Shown: positions 1 through 7,905, numbered from the stretch's first letter. The stretch is DNA of 24,000 bases from Gaiellaceae bacterium (GCA_050011315.1 JBEKJI010000026.1:12991-36990); one strand, 5' to 3'. The notes: generated by a model from the sequence alone, not told the origin. Numbers and translations: made by a program.

Positions 1-1
1 A

Positions 2-400
2 GCCGAGCGCTTTCAGACGAACCCGTTCGATGCCGGGCGGATATACCGCACCGGTGATCGCGTACGGCTTCGAGACGACGGCGAGCTCCTCTTCGAAGGG
101 CGTCTCGACCGGCAGGTGAAGGTGTCTGGTCAGCGCATCGAGCTCGGAGAGATAGAGCAGGTCCTCGCCACCCATCCAGAGGTGAGCGAGGTGGCGGTTG
201 TCGCACGTGAAGATGTGCCCGGACACAAGCGGCTCGTCGGATACGCGGTGCCAACGGCCGGGGGCAACCTGTCGCCGGCTGCGCTGAGTGGCTACCTCTC
301 GGAACGTCTTCCCCACTTCATGGTGCCGAGCCCGATCGTGATCCTCGACGTGCTTCCTCGATCGGAGCGCGGAAAGGTCGACCGCGACGCCCTTCCGTCT
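2..400 (+). other. NRPS domain: C-terminal subdomain of the upstream module's adenylation domain
   Basis: YRTGDRVR (A7), GRLDRQVKVSGQRIELGEIE (A8), LPHFMVPS (A9), PRSERGKVDR (A10 Lys). Confidence 0.85.
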
Positions 401-3400
401 CCTACTCGCGGTGACTTTGATCTCACCCCGGTCACCGGGATGATCGGGCAGGTGACGTCCGCAATGGCCGAAGTGCTGCGTCTCGAGTCGGTTAGTGCGG
501 ACGAGAACTTCTTCGAGCTCGGCGGCGACTCGCTCCTGGCGATCCGGCTCGCCGGGCGGTTGCGCGAGCGGCTCGGCGTCGATCTGGAGATCGGCGTGGT
601 CTTCGCCGCTCCGACCGCATCGGCACTCACCGAGTTGATCGAGGGGCATACGCCGGCCACGCCGAACATTCCGCCACTGCTACCGGCAACGCGCGCGTCG
701 ACGGCGCCGGCGAGCTTCGCCCAGCGCCGTACCTGGCTCTTCGGACTGATGCATCCGGAGTCGATCGCCTACCAGTCTGCGGTCCTGCTGCAACTTGACG
801 GGAGCTTGGACGAGGCGGCACTGGCCGGCGCGTTGAGCGACCTCATGCAGCGCCACGAGAGCCTGCGCACGTCCTTCGAGGAGCGCGACGGCGAGCCGGT
901 TCAGGTCATACACACGAAGCGCCCGCTGCCTCTCGAGACGGTCGACCTTCGCGGTGCTGGGCAAAGCGCATGGGAGCAACTCCTTCAAACGAAAGTCCGA
1001 ACTCGTATCGACCCCGGGCACGCGCCACTCGTGCGCTGGACGCTCGTGCGCCTGGAAGAAGAGGCGTGGGCGCTGATTCATGTCGAGCACCACCTGATCC
1101 TCGACGGCTGCTCGTTCGCCGTGCTCGTCGGAGAGCTCGCCGAGCTCTACTCAGCCCGAGTGGAGGAGCGTACGCCCGATCTACCGGAAGCGATCGTGCA
1201 GTTCCAGGACTACACGCACTGGGAGCGTGCGCTGGAGAAAAACGATGCGATCGCTCGGCAGCTCGAGCACTGGGTGCGGACACTCGATCGAGATCCTCCG
1301 CTGCTGGAGCTGCCGCTCGATCGACCGCGACCCTTGCGTGAATCCTTCTCCGGCGGCTCGATCCGGCTCCGACTCGAGCCCGAGGCCGCGGCGCGATTAC
1401 GCACGCTCGCCCATGCCGAAGGCAGCACGTTGTTCATGGCTGCCTTCGCCGCGTTCGCAACGCAATTGCACCGCTATACGGGGCGTTCCGACTTGCAGAT
1501 CGGCTCGGGACTAGCCAACCGCCGCGAGCCCGCGTCCGAGCGGTTGCTGGGGATGATCGTCAACACCGTCATCTTCCGCTTCGATCTCGCCGGCGACCCG
1601 ACCGTCCGCGAGCTATTGCGCCGCGTACGGAGCGTCGCACTCGACGCCTATGCCAACGCCGACGCTCCCTTCGATGCCGTCGTCGAGGCCGTGCGCCCAC
1701 CCCGAGATCCCCAGCGCTCGCCCCTCTTCAATATCCTCTTCTCGTTCAACGACCCTCCCCGAGGCGAGGAGCGTTGGTCGGGCCTGCGAGCGCGCCTCGA
1801 GCGCGAACTCCCAAACGGAACCGCGAAGGCCGATCTCGACATCATCGGCATCGACGACCATGACGGAGGGATCACCTTCGTCTGGGAACACTCCGACCTG
1901 TTCTTCGCCGCCACCGCCGAGCGCATGGCCCGTCACCATCTGTCGCTGATCGAGGAGTTCTCGAGCCGGCCCGACGCGCGCATATCCGAGCTCGACCTGA
2001 TACCGAGCGACGAGAGCCGGCAGCTGGCGTCCTGGAGCAACGGTGAGGACACGCGCGGCTACGAGCGCAATTCCACGATCGCCGATCTGTTCGAGGCGCG
2101 CGTCGCCGAGGACGCGCGGGCCGTGGCGGTGTCCTTCCAGGGCGAGACGCTCAGCTACGGGAGACTCGACCGCCGCGCAAACCGCCTGGCCCACCACCTT
2201 CGCGAGCTGGGCATCGATCGAGGCGCGCGGGTGGGCGTCTTCCTCGAGCGCTCGCTGGACATGATCGTGACCTTCCTCGCCATCGTAAAAGCGGGGGGAG
2301 CGTATGTTCCGCTCGATCCGGACGACGCGCCGGAGCGACTGCGCAGGTACGCCCAGATGCTCGACCTGCGACTCATCGTCACCGATGCCCGGCATCGCCC
2401 GCATGTGCCCGGCCCACCCGACCGGGTGACGGTCGTTGACGAACTGGTCGATCTAGCACGTGAGCCGGACACGCCTCCCACGCGCAGTAGCGAGCCACTC
2501 GACGCGGCCTATGTCATGTTCACGTCGGGCTCCACCGGAATACCGAAGGGGGTTGAGGTGCCGCATCGGGCGATCGTGCGCCTCGTGCGCGGCGCTGACT
2601 ACGTCCGCTTGGACGCACAGGAGACAATTCTCGGGATGGCACCCGCGGCCTTCGACGCATCCACTTTCGAGATCTGGGGAGCGCTACTCAACGGCGCGAA
2701 GCTCGTCCTGGCACCGCCCGGTACGCTCACGCTGGGAGAGCTCGCCGAGCTCGTGGCCCGTGAGAAGGTGAGCACCGTGTGGCTCACTGCCGGGCTGTTC
2801 CACCTCGTGGTCGACAACCGACCCGAGCTGCTGGGATCGCTGCGCCAGCTCCTCGCAGGCGGGGATGTCCTCTCTCCCGATCACGTACGCCGGGCACTTG
2901 CCGGGCTGCCGGAAGGAGCTGTTCTCATCAACGGCTACGGACCAACCGAGGCCACGACCTTCACGTGCACACACCGCATGACGGCAGGAGCCAGCATCGA
3001 TGGTTCGGTACCGATCGGGCGCCCCGTCGCCGGTAGCTCGGTCTACATCCTCGACGCGCATGGATCTCCTGCACCGATCGGCGTCGCGGGCGAGCTGTAC
3101 ATCGGCGGCGACGGTGTCGCGCTCGGCTACGCCGGCGATCCCGAACTGACGGCGCAACGCTTCCTGCCCGACCCGTTCTCGGCGGAAGAGGGCGCCCGGA
3201 TGTACAGAAGCGGCGACCTTGCCCGCTGGCGGGCGGACGGCACGATCGAATTCCTCGGACGAACGGATCGCCAGCTAAAGATCAGGGGCTTCCGCGTGGA
3301 GCCCGGCGAGATCGAGCAGGCGCTGCGGAGTCATCCGGACGTCGCCGACGGATACGTAGCGTCGTTCGAGAGCACCCCCGGCGAGCGAGCCCTCGCAGCC

Positions 3401-4963
3401 TATGTCGTTCCGTCCGCGGGCGCCGAATTGCGCGAGGCCGAGTTGCGGGCCCACGCCGCGCGCCTGCTGCCTCCTCACGCGATACCCGTAGCGTGGTGCT
3501 GGCTCGAGCGCTTACCGCTGACCGGCGTCGGGAAGGTCGATGCAGCTGCTCTTCCTGCGCCGATTATCCGCTCCCGCCGGTCCGTAGCTGGCCGTCCCGC
3601 GTCTCCACGGGACGAGTTCGAGCGCGAGCTGATCGCAATCTGGAAGCGGACGCTCGACTGCGACGCGGTCGATCCCGAGGACGACTTCTTCGATCTCGGC
3701 GGGCATTCGCTACTGGCAGTCGAGCTGTTCGACGCGATCGAGCGTTCGCTTGGCCAGTACCTGCCCCTCTCGACCATCTTCGAGGCGCCTACGGTGCGAC
3801 GTCTCGCCGCCGTCCTAATGGGCAACAGCTGGGAGGGCACGCGCAAGTCTCTCGTCCCGGTCACGCGGAGCGGCAGCCGCCCGCCGCTGTTTTGCGTCTC
3901 CGCGGGCGACGGCAACCCAACGGGATTCGGAGCGCTCGCGCGACGCCTCGGCGACGATCAGCCGCTGTTCGCGCTTCAACCTCGGGGAATCAGCGGCGGT
4001 GCGCCGCTCCACGTTTCGGTCGAGGCAATGGCGCGTCACTACGTCCGCGAGATCCGCAAGGTCTGCCCGCATGGTCCATATCTGCTTGCCGGACGCTGCT
4101 TGGGCGCTCTCATTGCCTATGAGATGGCCCGCCGTCTCGAGGCCGCCCGGCAACGAGTCAGGTTGCTCGTGGTGATGGATTCGGGCGGTCCCCTTCAAAC
4201 GCGACGCCGGCTCGCCGATGGAACTTCGTTCGACCTGGTCATGGGTAGCGCCCTGCGACGATCGGGCTTGGACGTCGACGTCTTCTCCTTGCGTGGGACC
4301 GAGGAATTCATGCGCTGGCTCGCCGAGCCGGTGCACTACGGCGGCGACGAGACCCCGCCGATCAATCGTTACCTCGAGGAGCTCTATCGCTCGCGAAGCG
4401 ACGTGCGCGACGTCTATCCCGACCTCGCCGGCGAGGATGCGCGCGGTTTCATCGACTGGACTTGGATCTCGGGCCGCCCCGAGGAGGGCCTATGCGAACG
4501 GCTCCTTCCCCCGCCAAGCGACCCGAGCCTGCGATCCCAGGATGGAAGCCGAAAGCAGAGCAGGTTCGACAAGATCCGCGAGCGGCTCGCCTGGCGCGCC
4601 GCTGAGGCCAGAGACCTCGTCACCGGCGGCCGCCTTCCCGGCGCCGGCTCACGTCTCCGCGAGCGCATCAGAGACGTGGGGACGCGTGCAGCGCTCGGCT
4701 ATCGAGCCGGCGCGTACGGAGGGGTGGTCACGCTGATACGCTCGGCCGAGTATCGGGTGCACACGCACCTCGACCGTTGGTTCAACCTCGACACGGGCGG
4801 AGTCGTCGAGGCGCATGTCTCGGGAACACATCGTTCGATGTTGCGCGAGCCCGATGTGGCCTCACTCGCCGAGTCCATAAGGGGACTCATCGACGCCGCG
4901 ATCGATGAACGAGACGAAAAGCCATCACTGGAAGCTCCCGCCGAAGCGCCTGCAGCTCGCTGA
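2..4963 (+). CDS. Non-ribosomal peptide synthetase, 5'-truncated by the window edge; visible architecture (A C-terminal part)-T-C-A-T-TE, i.e. the terminal module plus the end of the preceding one
   Basis: The frame is open from nt 2 (AERFQTNPFDAGRIYRTGDRVRLRDDGELLFEGRLDRQVKVSGQRIELGEIE = A-domain A7/A8 cores), so the GTG at 116 in the ORF track is internal. Motifs seen: FFELGGDSL, HHLILDG, AYVMFTSGSTGIPKG, NGYGPTE, GELYIGGDGVALGY, YRSGDLARW, GRTDRQLKIRGFRVEPGEIE, LTGVGKVD, FFDLGGHSL, and a TE region. Stop TGA 4961-4963. Confidence 0.95.
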   Translation, partial: AERFQTNPFDAGRIYRTGDRVRLRDDGELLFEGRLDRQVKVSGQRIELGEIEQVLATHPEVSEVAVVAREDVPGHKRLVGYAVPTAGGNLSPAALSGYLSERLPHFMVPSPIVILDVLPRSERGKVDRDALPSPTRGDFDLTPVTGMIGQVTSAMAEVLRLESVSADENFFELGGDSLLAIRLAGRLRERLGVDLEIGVVFAAPTASALTELIEGHTPATPNIPPLLPATRASTAPASFAQRRTWLFGLMHPESIAYQSAVLLQLDGSLDEAALAGALSDLMQRHESLRTSFEERDGEPVQVIHTKRPLPLETVDLRGAGQSAWEQLLQTKVRTRIDPGHAPLVRWTLVRLEEEAWALIHVEHHLILDGCSFAVLVGELAELYSARVEERTPDLPEAIVQFQDYTHWERALEKNDAIARQLEHWVRTLDRDPPLLELPLDRPRPLRESFSGGSIRLRLEPEAAARLRTLAHAEGSTLFMAAFAAFATQLHRYTGRSDLQIGSGLANRREPASERLLGMIVNTVIFRFDLAGDPTVRELLRRVRSVALDAYANADAPFDAVVEAVRPPRDPQRSPLFNILFSFNDPPRGEERWSGLRARLERELPNGTAKADLDIIGIDDHDGGITFVWEHSDLFFAATAERMARHHLSLIEEFSSRPDARISELDLIPSDESRQLASWSNGEDTRGYERNSTIADLFEARVAEDARAVAVSFQGETLSYGRLDRRANRLAHHLRELGIDRGARVGVFLERSLDMIVTFLAIVKAGGAYVPLDPDDAPERLRRYAQMLDLRLIVTDARHRPHVPGPPDRVTVVDELVDLAREPDTPPTRSSEPLDAAYVMFTSGSTGIPKGVEVPHRAIVRLVRGADYVRLDAQETILGMAPAAFDASTFEIWGALLNGAKLVLAPPGTLTLGELAELVAREKVSTVWLTAGLFHLVVDNRPELLGSLRQLLAGGDVLSPDHVRRALAGLPEGAVLINGYGPTEATTFTCTHRMTAGASIDGSVPIGRPVAGSSVYILDAHGSPAPIGVAGELYIGGDGVALGYAGDPELTAQRFLPDPFSAEEGARMYRSGDLARWRADGTIEFLGRTDRQLKIRGFRVEPGEIEQALRSHPDVADGYVASFESTPGERALAAYVVPSAGAELREAELRAHAARLLPPHAIPVAWCWLERLPLTGVGKVDAAALPAPIIRSRRSVAGRPASPRDEFERELIAIWKRTLDCDAVDPEDDFFDLGGHSLLAVELFDAIERSLGQYLPLSTIFEAPTVRRLAAVLMGNSWEGTRKSLVPVTRSGSRPPLFCVSAGDGNPTGFGALARRLGDDQPLFALQPRGISGGAPLHVSVEAMARHYVREIRKVCPHGPYLLAGRCLGALIAYEMARRLEAARQRVRLLVVMDSGGPLQTRRRLADGTSFDLVMGSALRRSGLDVDVFSLRGTEEFMRWLAEPVHYGGDETPPINRYLEELYRSRSDVRDVYPDLAGEDARGFIDWTWISGRPEEGLCERLLPPPSDPSLRSQDGSRKQSRFDKIRERLAWRAAEARDLVTGGRLPGAGSRLRERIRDVGTRAALGYRAGAYGGVVTLIRSAEYRVHTHLDRWFNLDTGGVVEAHVSGTHRSMLREPDVASLAESIRGLIDAAIDERDEKPSLEAPAEAPAAR
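437..643 (+). other. NRPS domain: thiolation (PCP) domain 1
   Basis: FFELGGDSLLAIRL core; the phosphopantetheine Ser codon TCG is at 530-532. Confidence 0.85.
701..2011 (+). other. NRPS domain: condensation domain
   Basis: N-terminal SFAQRRTWLF...AYQ motif and catalytic HHLILDG at 1088-1108. Boundaries are approximate. Confidence 0.85.
2078..3553 (+). other. NRPS domain: adenylation domain of the terminal module
   Basis: Cores A1 LSYGRLDRRANRLA, A2 LAIVKAGGAYVPLD, A3 AYVMFTSGSTGIPKG (2507-2551), A4 FDAS, A5 NGYGPTE, A6 GELYIGGDGVALGY, A7 YRSGDLARW, A8 GRTDRQLKIRGFRVEPGEIE, A10 GVGKVD (Lys codon 3533-3535). Confidence 0.9.
3602..3814 (+). other. NRPS domain: thiolation (PCP) domain 2
   Basis: FFDLGGHSLLAVEL core; Ser codon TCG at 3707-3709. 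Confidence 0.85.
3875..4903 (+). other. NRPS domain: type I thioesterase with a Cys nucleophile and an enlarged lid
   Basis: PLFCVSAGDG (oxyanion region). GRCLG at 4091-4105 occupies the GxSxG position (Cys codon TGC 4097-4099). VVMDS Asp codon at 4178-4180. SGTHRSML His codon at 4829-4831. There are 217 residues between the Asp and the His. Confidence 0.8.
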
Positions 4964-5570
4964 ATCGTCCGTACACGTCTGGCGAGCCGACCTCACGGCC
5001 GCCGATGACGGCGTCGGCGAGTTCCTCTCGGCGGACGAGCGCGTGCGCGCACAACGCTTCGTCTTCGCAAGAGATCGCGAGCGGTGGGTGCGGGCGCGAG
5101 GGATCTTACGAGCGCTGCTTGGTCGCTATCTCGACCTCGATGCGAAAACGCTGAGCTTCACCTCCGGGCCGAACGGAAAGCCGGTTCTGCTCTCGGAATC
5201 GGTGAGCCTTCACTTCAACCTTTCCCATTCGGGAGACCTGGCGCTGTACGCGTTCGCAAGATTCCCAGTGGGAGTCGACGTCGAGGTCGCACGGCCGGGA
5301 ATCGACGCGGTCGCGCTGGCCGAGCGAGCGCTCGGCAGCGACGAGGCCGAGCGGCTGCGGCGGCTGCCGGCCGGCGAACGCGAGCGAGAGTTCCTGCGTG
5401 CCTGGGTGCGCCACGAGGCCTCGCTCAAGTGCCGCGGCAGCGGGCTCGGCACGCGCGCCGATGTGAGCGGGCTGTGGCTCGCCGACGTGGACGTCGGTCC
5501 CGGCGCGGCCGCGGCCGCCGCTCTTGACGGGACGCCGGAAGAGCTCTGTCTCTGGGATTGGTGTGCCTGA
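4905..5570 (+). CDS. Sfp-type 4'-phosphopantetheinyl transferase
   Basis: VHVWRADL, SGPNGKPVL, FNLSHSGDLALYAF, VGVDVE, FLRAWVRHEASLKCRG (W..K/HEA..K). ATG 4905 overlaps the NRPS 3' end by 59 nt, and no later canonical start precedes the conserved N-terminus. Confidence 0.85.
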   Translation: MNETKSHHWKLPPKRLQLAESSVHVWRADLTAADDGVGEFLSADERVRAQRFVFARDRERWVRARGILRALLGRYLDLDAKTLSFTSGPNGKPVLLSESVSLHFNLSHSGDLALYAFARFPVGVDVEVARPGIDAVALAERALGSDEAERLRRLPAGEREREFLRAWVRHEASLKCRGSGLGTRADVSGLWLADVDVGPGAAAAAALDGTPEELCLWDWCA

Positions 5571-5616
5571 CGGATCTTCGTTCGCTCGAGCCCTCTGGAG
5601 CGGGCAACGGAGAGGA

Positions 5617-5845
5617 GCGCCGTTTTCGTTTGGCCCGTTGGCGCGCATACTCGGCACGAAGCCGGCACATGTTCGAGCGTCTTTCCTCGATACCGTGCTA
5701 CGCCCCGTGGGAGGGTTGTTAGAGCGCCAAGCGAAACGAAGCACTCCATCGCCTGGCCGCGCTCGGCGGCGCGATACTGCGTCCTCGGTCGCGCCCGTAG
5801 CCTACGGGTCTTCATTCCGCTTGGCGCTCTGGGGAGGAGGGCGGA
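5617..5845 (+). repeat. Copy A of a modular hairpin-rich intergenic element (unclassified)
   Basis: 5650-5842 aligns by eye nearly base-for-base with 16872-17118. Hairpins at 5652-5664, 5673-5690 and 5794-5808. A 13/13-bp long-range helix pairs 5721-5733 with 5819-5831. It ends in GGGGAGGAGG (5831-5840). Confidence 0.8.
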
Positions 5846-5852
5846 TTAGCGA

Positions 5853-5865
5853 AGTGCCAGGCACT
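5853..5865. promoter_or_regulatory. Perfect 13-bp palindrome AGTGCC-A-GGCACT, 20 nt upstream of the xerC-like ATG; a possible operator
   Basis: Read directly from the sequence. The function is inferred from position only. Confidence 0.25.
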
Positions 5866-5884
5866 CCAAGAAGCGCCGGCGAAG

Positions 5885-6802
5885 ATGCGCCGAGACGCAC
5901 GGCGTCCTCTTTCGCCGAGCGGGATTCCCACGCAGACGGCGAATCAGCCGGAAGTGGATCTCAACCGGACCATCGACCGCTTCCTAGACTCGCCCTCCTT
6001 CTCGGCGGCGACGAGGCGCGCCTACCACATCGACCTGGAAGAGTTCGCCGGTTTCCTGGGTCGGAAAGGCGCGACTCTGGAACAGGTGGACGGTCGCCTG
6101 CTCGCCCTCTACGCCAGTGAGCTCGCCGCCGCCCGCCCCGGACGGCAGCCGCGACGGCTCTCGGAACGAACGATCGCGCGCAAGCTGGCCGCGGTGCGCG
6201 GGCTGATCGGCTTCGCGCTTGGCCCCGCGCGGGTACCCGAGCTGGCGCTGAAACCACGTCGCTCGCGCCACCTACCCGAGACTCCGCGGCCGGACGAGAT
6301 CGACGAGCTCCTACGAGCGAGCGAGGGGAAAGGCCCGCTCGCACTCCGTAATCGCGCCCTGCTCGAGCTGGTCTACTCGGCCGGGCTGCGCAGCGCCGAG
6401 GCGGTCGGGCTCGACCTGGCCGACGTGGACTTCGAGAGCGAGACCGTGCACGTGCGCGGCAAGGGCGGCAAGGAACGTGTCGTGCCACTGGGCGAAGAGG
6501 CGGCCGCCTGGGCAGGGCGCTACCTGCACGAGGCCCGCCCCGCGCTCGCCCGTGGCGCCGAGGATGCCTTCTTCCTCTCCGCGAGTGGACGCCGCCTCGA
6601 CACGAGCACGCTACGCCGCCTCGTCCGCCACCCGCACCGCCTGCGCCACGCCTTCGCCACGCACCTGCTCGAGGGCGGCGCCGACCTGCGCGTGATCCAG
6701 GAGTTGCTCGGGCACAGCTCGCTCTCGACCACCCAGGTCTACAGCCACGTCGACGCGCGCCGGCTCAGACGCGTCTACGACCGAGCGCATCCGAGATCCT
6801 GA
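5885..6802 (+). CDS. xerC: Tyrosine recombinase, XerC/XerD family (XerC-like)
   Basis: All catalytic residues are present: AGLRSAE (Arg), [10 protein letters not shown] (Lys), [12 protein letters not shown] (His, Arg), [16 protein letters not shown] (His, Tyr). The start is uncertain (ATG 5885, or in-frame GTG 5954). The segment before HxxR is shorter than in typical XerC. The C-versus-D assignment is tentative. Confidence 0.8.
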   Translation: MRRDARRPLSPSGIPTQTANQPEVDLNRTIDRFLDSPSFSAATRRAYHIDLEEFAGFLGRKGATLEQVDGRLLALYASELAAARPGRQPRRLSERTIARKLAAVRGLIGFALGPARVPELALKPRRSRHLPETPRPDEIDELLRASEGKGPLALRNRALLELVYSAGLRSAEAVGLDLADVDFESETVHVRGKGGKERVVPLGEEAAAWAGRYLHEARPALARGAEDAFFLSASGRRLDTSTLRRLVRHPHRLRHAFATHLLEGGADLRVIQELLGHSSLSTTQVYSHVDARRLRRVYDRAHPRS

Positions 6803-6879
6803 TCCGCGAAGTCCGCCTCCCGCCGCCGCTAACGAGGCGAGGAAGAAACGCTCCGTAGGCGGCGAAAGAAGAAAGTCCG

Positions 6880-7776
6880 ATGGAACGAGAAGTCGAAGGC
6901 TTTCTCGCCTTACTCGCCGCGCGCCGTTCGCGGCAGACTGTCGATGCCTATCGCCGCGATCTCGCGGACGCCGCCCGGGTGCTCGAGAAGCCTTTACAGG
7001 CAGTCTCGACCGACGACCTCGAGCGCTACCTGGCCGATCTGCGCTCGCGCGGCCTGGCGGCGGCTACGGTGGCGCGCCGGCTTGCCTCGCTGCGCTCCTT
7101 CTACCGCCATCTCGTTCTCGTCGGGGCGCGTGGCGACAACCCGGCCGCCGAGCTGAGGCCACCGCGGCGACAGCGGCATCTTCCCCACCCACTCTCGCCG
7201 GCCGAGGCCGAGCGCCTGATCGAGGCGGCCGCCGGCGTTACGCCGCGCGATCTGCGTGACCGGGCGCTGGTGGAACTTCTCTACGGCGCCGGGCTGCGCG
7301 TGAGTGAGGCAACCGGACTCGAGCGGGCCGGTGTCGATCTCGAGAGCCGGATCGTGCGCTGCCTGGGCAAGGGCGACAAGGAGCGAATCGTCCCGATCGG
7401 GCGCCAGGCGGTCGAGGCGCTGACTCGCTACCTGGCGCGCGGGCGCCCCTATCTCGAGCGCCGTCTCCGTCCCGAGCTCTTTCTCAACGCCCGCGGCGGT
7501 GCGTTGACCCGAGCCGGCGCCTTCCTGATCCTGCGCCGCCTGGCCGAGGTCGCCGGGCTCGAGCCCGAGCGCATCCATCCCCACCTGCTCCGCCACTCCT
7601 TCGCCACGCATCTGCTCGAGGGCGGCGCCGACCTGCGCAGCGTTCAGGAGATGCTCGGCCACGCCGATCTCTCCACCACCGAGCTCTACACCCACGTCTC
7701 CGACCAGCGCCGGCGCGAGACCTACTTCCGCGCCCATCCGCATGCCAAGCGGCGCACGAAGCTGACAAGTCACTAG
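6880..7776 (+). CDS. xerD: Tyrosine recombinase XerD-like
   Basis: AGLRVSEA, GKGDKERIVPIG, FLNARGGALTRAGAF (XerD-type), [40 protein letters not shown] purine-rich tract (gaaagaagaaag) lies upstream of the ATG. Confidence 0.85.
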   Translation: MEREVEGFLALLAARRSRQTVDAYRRDLADAARVLEKPLQAVSTDDLERYLADLRSRGLAAATVARRLASLRSFYRHLVLVGARGDNPAAELRPPRRQRHLPHPLSPAEAERLIEAAAGVTPRDLRDRALVELLYGAGLRVSEATGLERAGVDLESRIVRCLGKGDKERIVPIGRQAVEALTRYLARGRPYLERRLRPELFLNARGGALTRAGAFLILRRLAEVAGLEPERIHPHLLRHSFATHLLEGGADLRSVQEMLGHADLSTTELYTHVSDQRRRETYFRAHPHAKRRTKLTSH

Positions 7777-7789
7777 GGGTGAACAGCGC

Positions 7790-7905
7790 ATTCAGATTCT
7801 CTGGGTCGCTAGCACCAAGCGATGCTAGGACGCAGGGAGCGTTCGTAGCGGCGCTACGGACGCGACTGAGGACAACGCAGCGCGCCGCGTGATAGCGGGC
7901 CAGAG
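7790..7905 (-). repeat. Copy C: inverted 3'-half copy of the intergenic element
   Basis: The reverse complement of 7790-7905 aligns with 16972-17075 of copy B (tctggcc, cgctgcgttgtcctcRgtcg, tccgtagc..gctacgaa, ctgcgtcctagcatcgc, cRacccag) and with 5752-5831 of copy A. The hairpin is at 7844-7858. Confidence 0.7.

Noticed and set aside
292-4890. Many 60-260-aa ORFs on both strands inside the NRPS gene (e.g. 1613..2404 -, 3815..4336 -, 3493..4122 +).
   Set aside because: These are typical high-GC shadow ORFs, Arg/Ala/Pro-rich and fully nested in a gene with unambiguous domain motifs.
5590-5645. A glycine-riboswitch-like CTCTGGAG...GGAGAGGAGCGCC string at the left edge of copy A.
   Set aside because: Only the short CUCUGGAG word matches. 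The conserved ACCGAAGGGGCAA and CUCAGGCA cores are absent.
5106-6120. ORFs across repeat copy A (5106..5744 -, 5210..5815 -, 5524..6120 +). Their peptides resemble those across copy B (16311..17297 -, 16786..16989 -, 16804..17244 +).
   Set aside because: The resemblance follows from nucleotide identity of a non-coding repeat. Substitutions sit in hairpin loops with no 3-nt periodicity, the similarity appears in several frames at once, and there are no starts, SDs or motifs.
6994-7791. The 265-aa minus-strand ORF antisense to xerD. The same applies to 5961..6488 -, 11759..12304 -, 14635..15501 +, 17294..18085 -, 19648..20217 - and 22645..23430 +.
   Set aside because: These are shadow ORFs opposite confidently identified genes, with no independent motifs.
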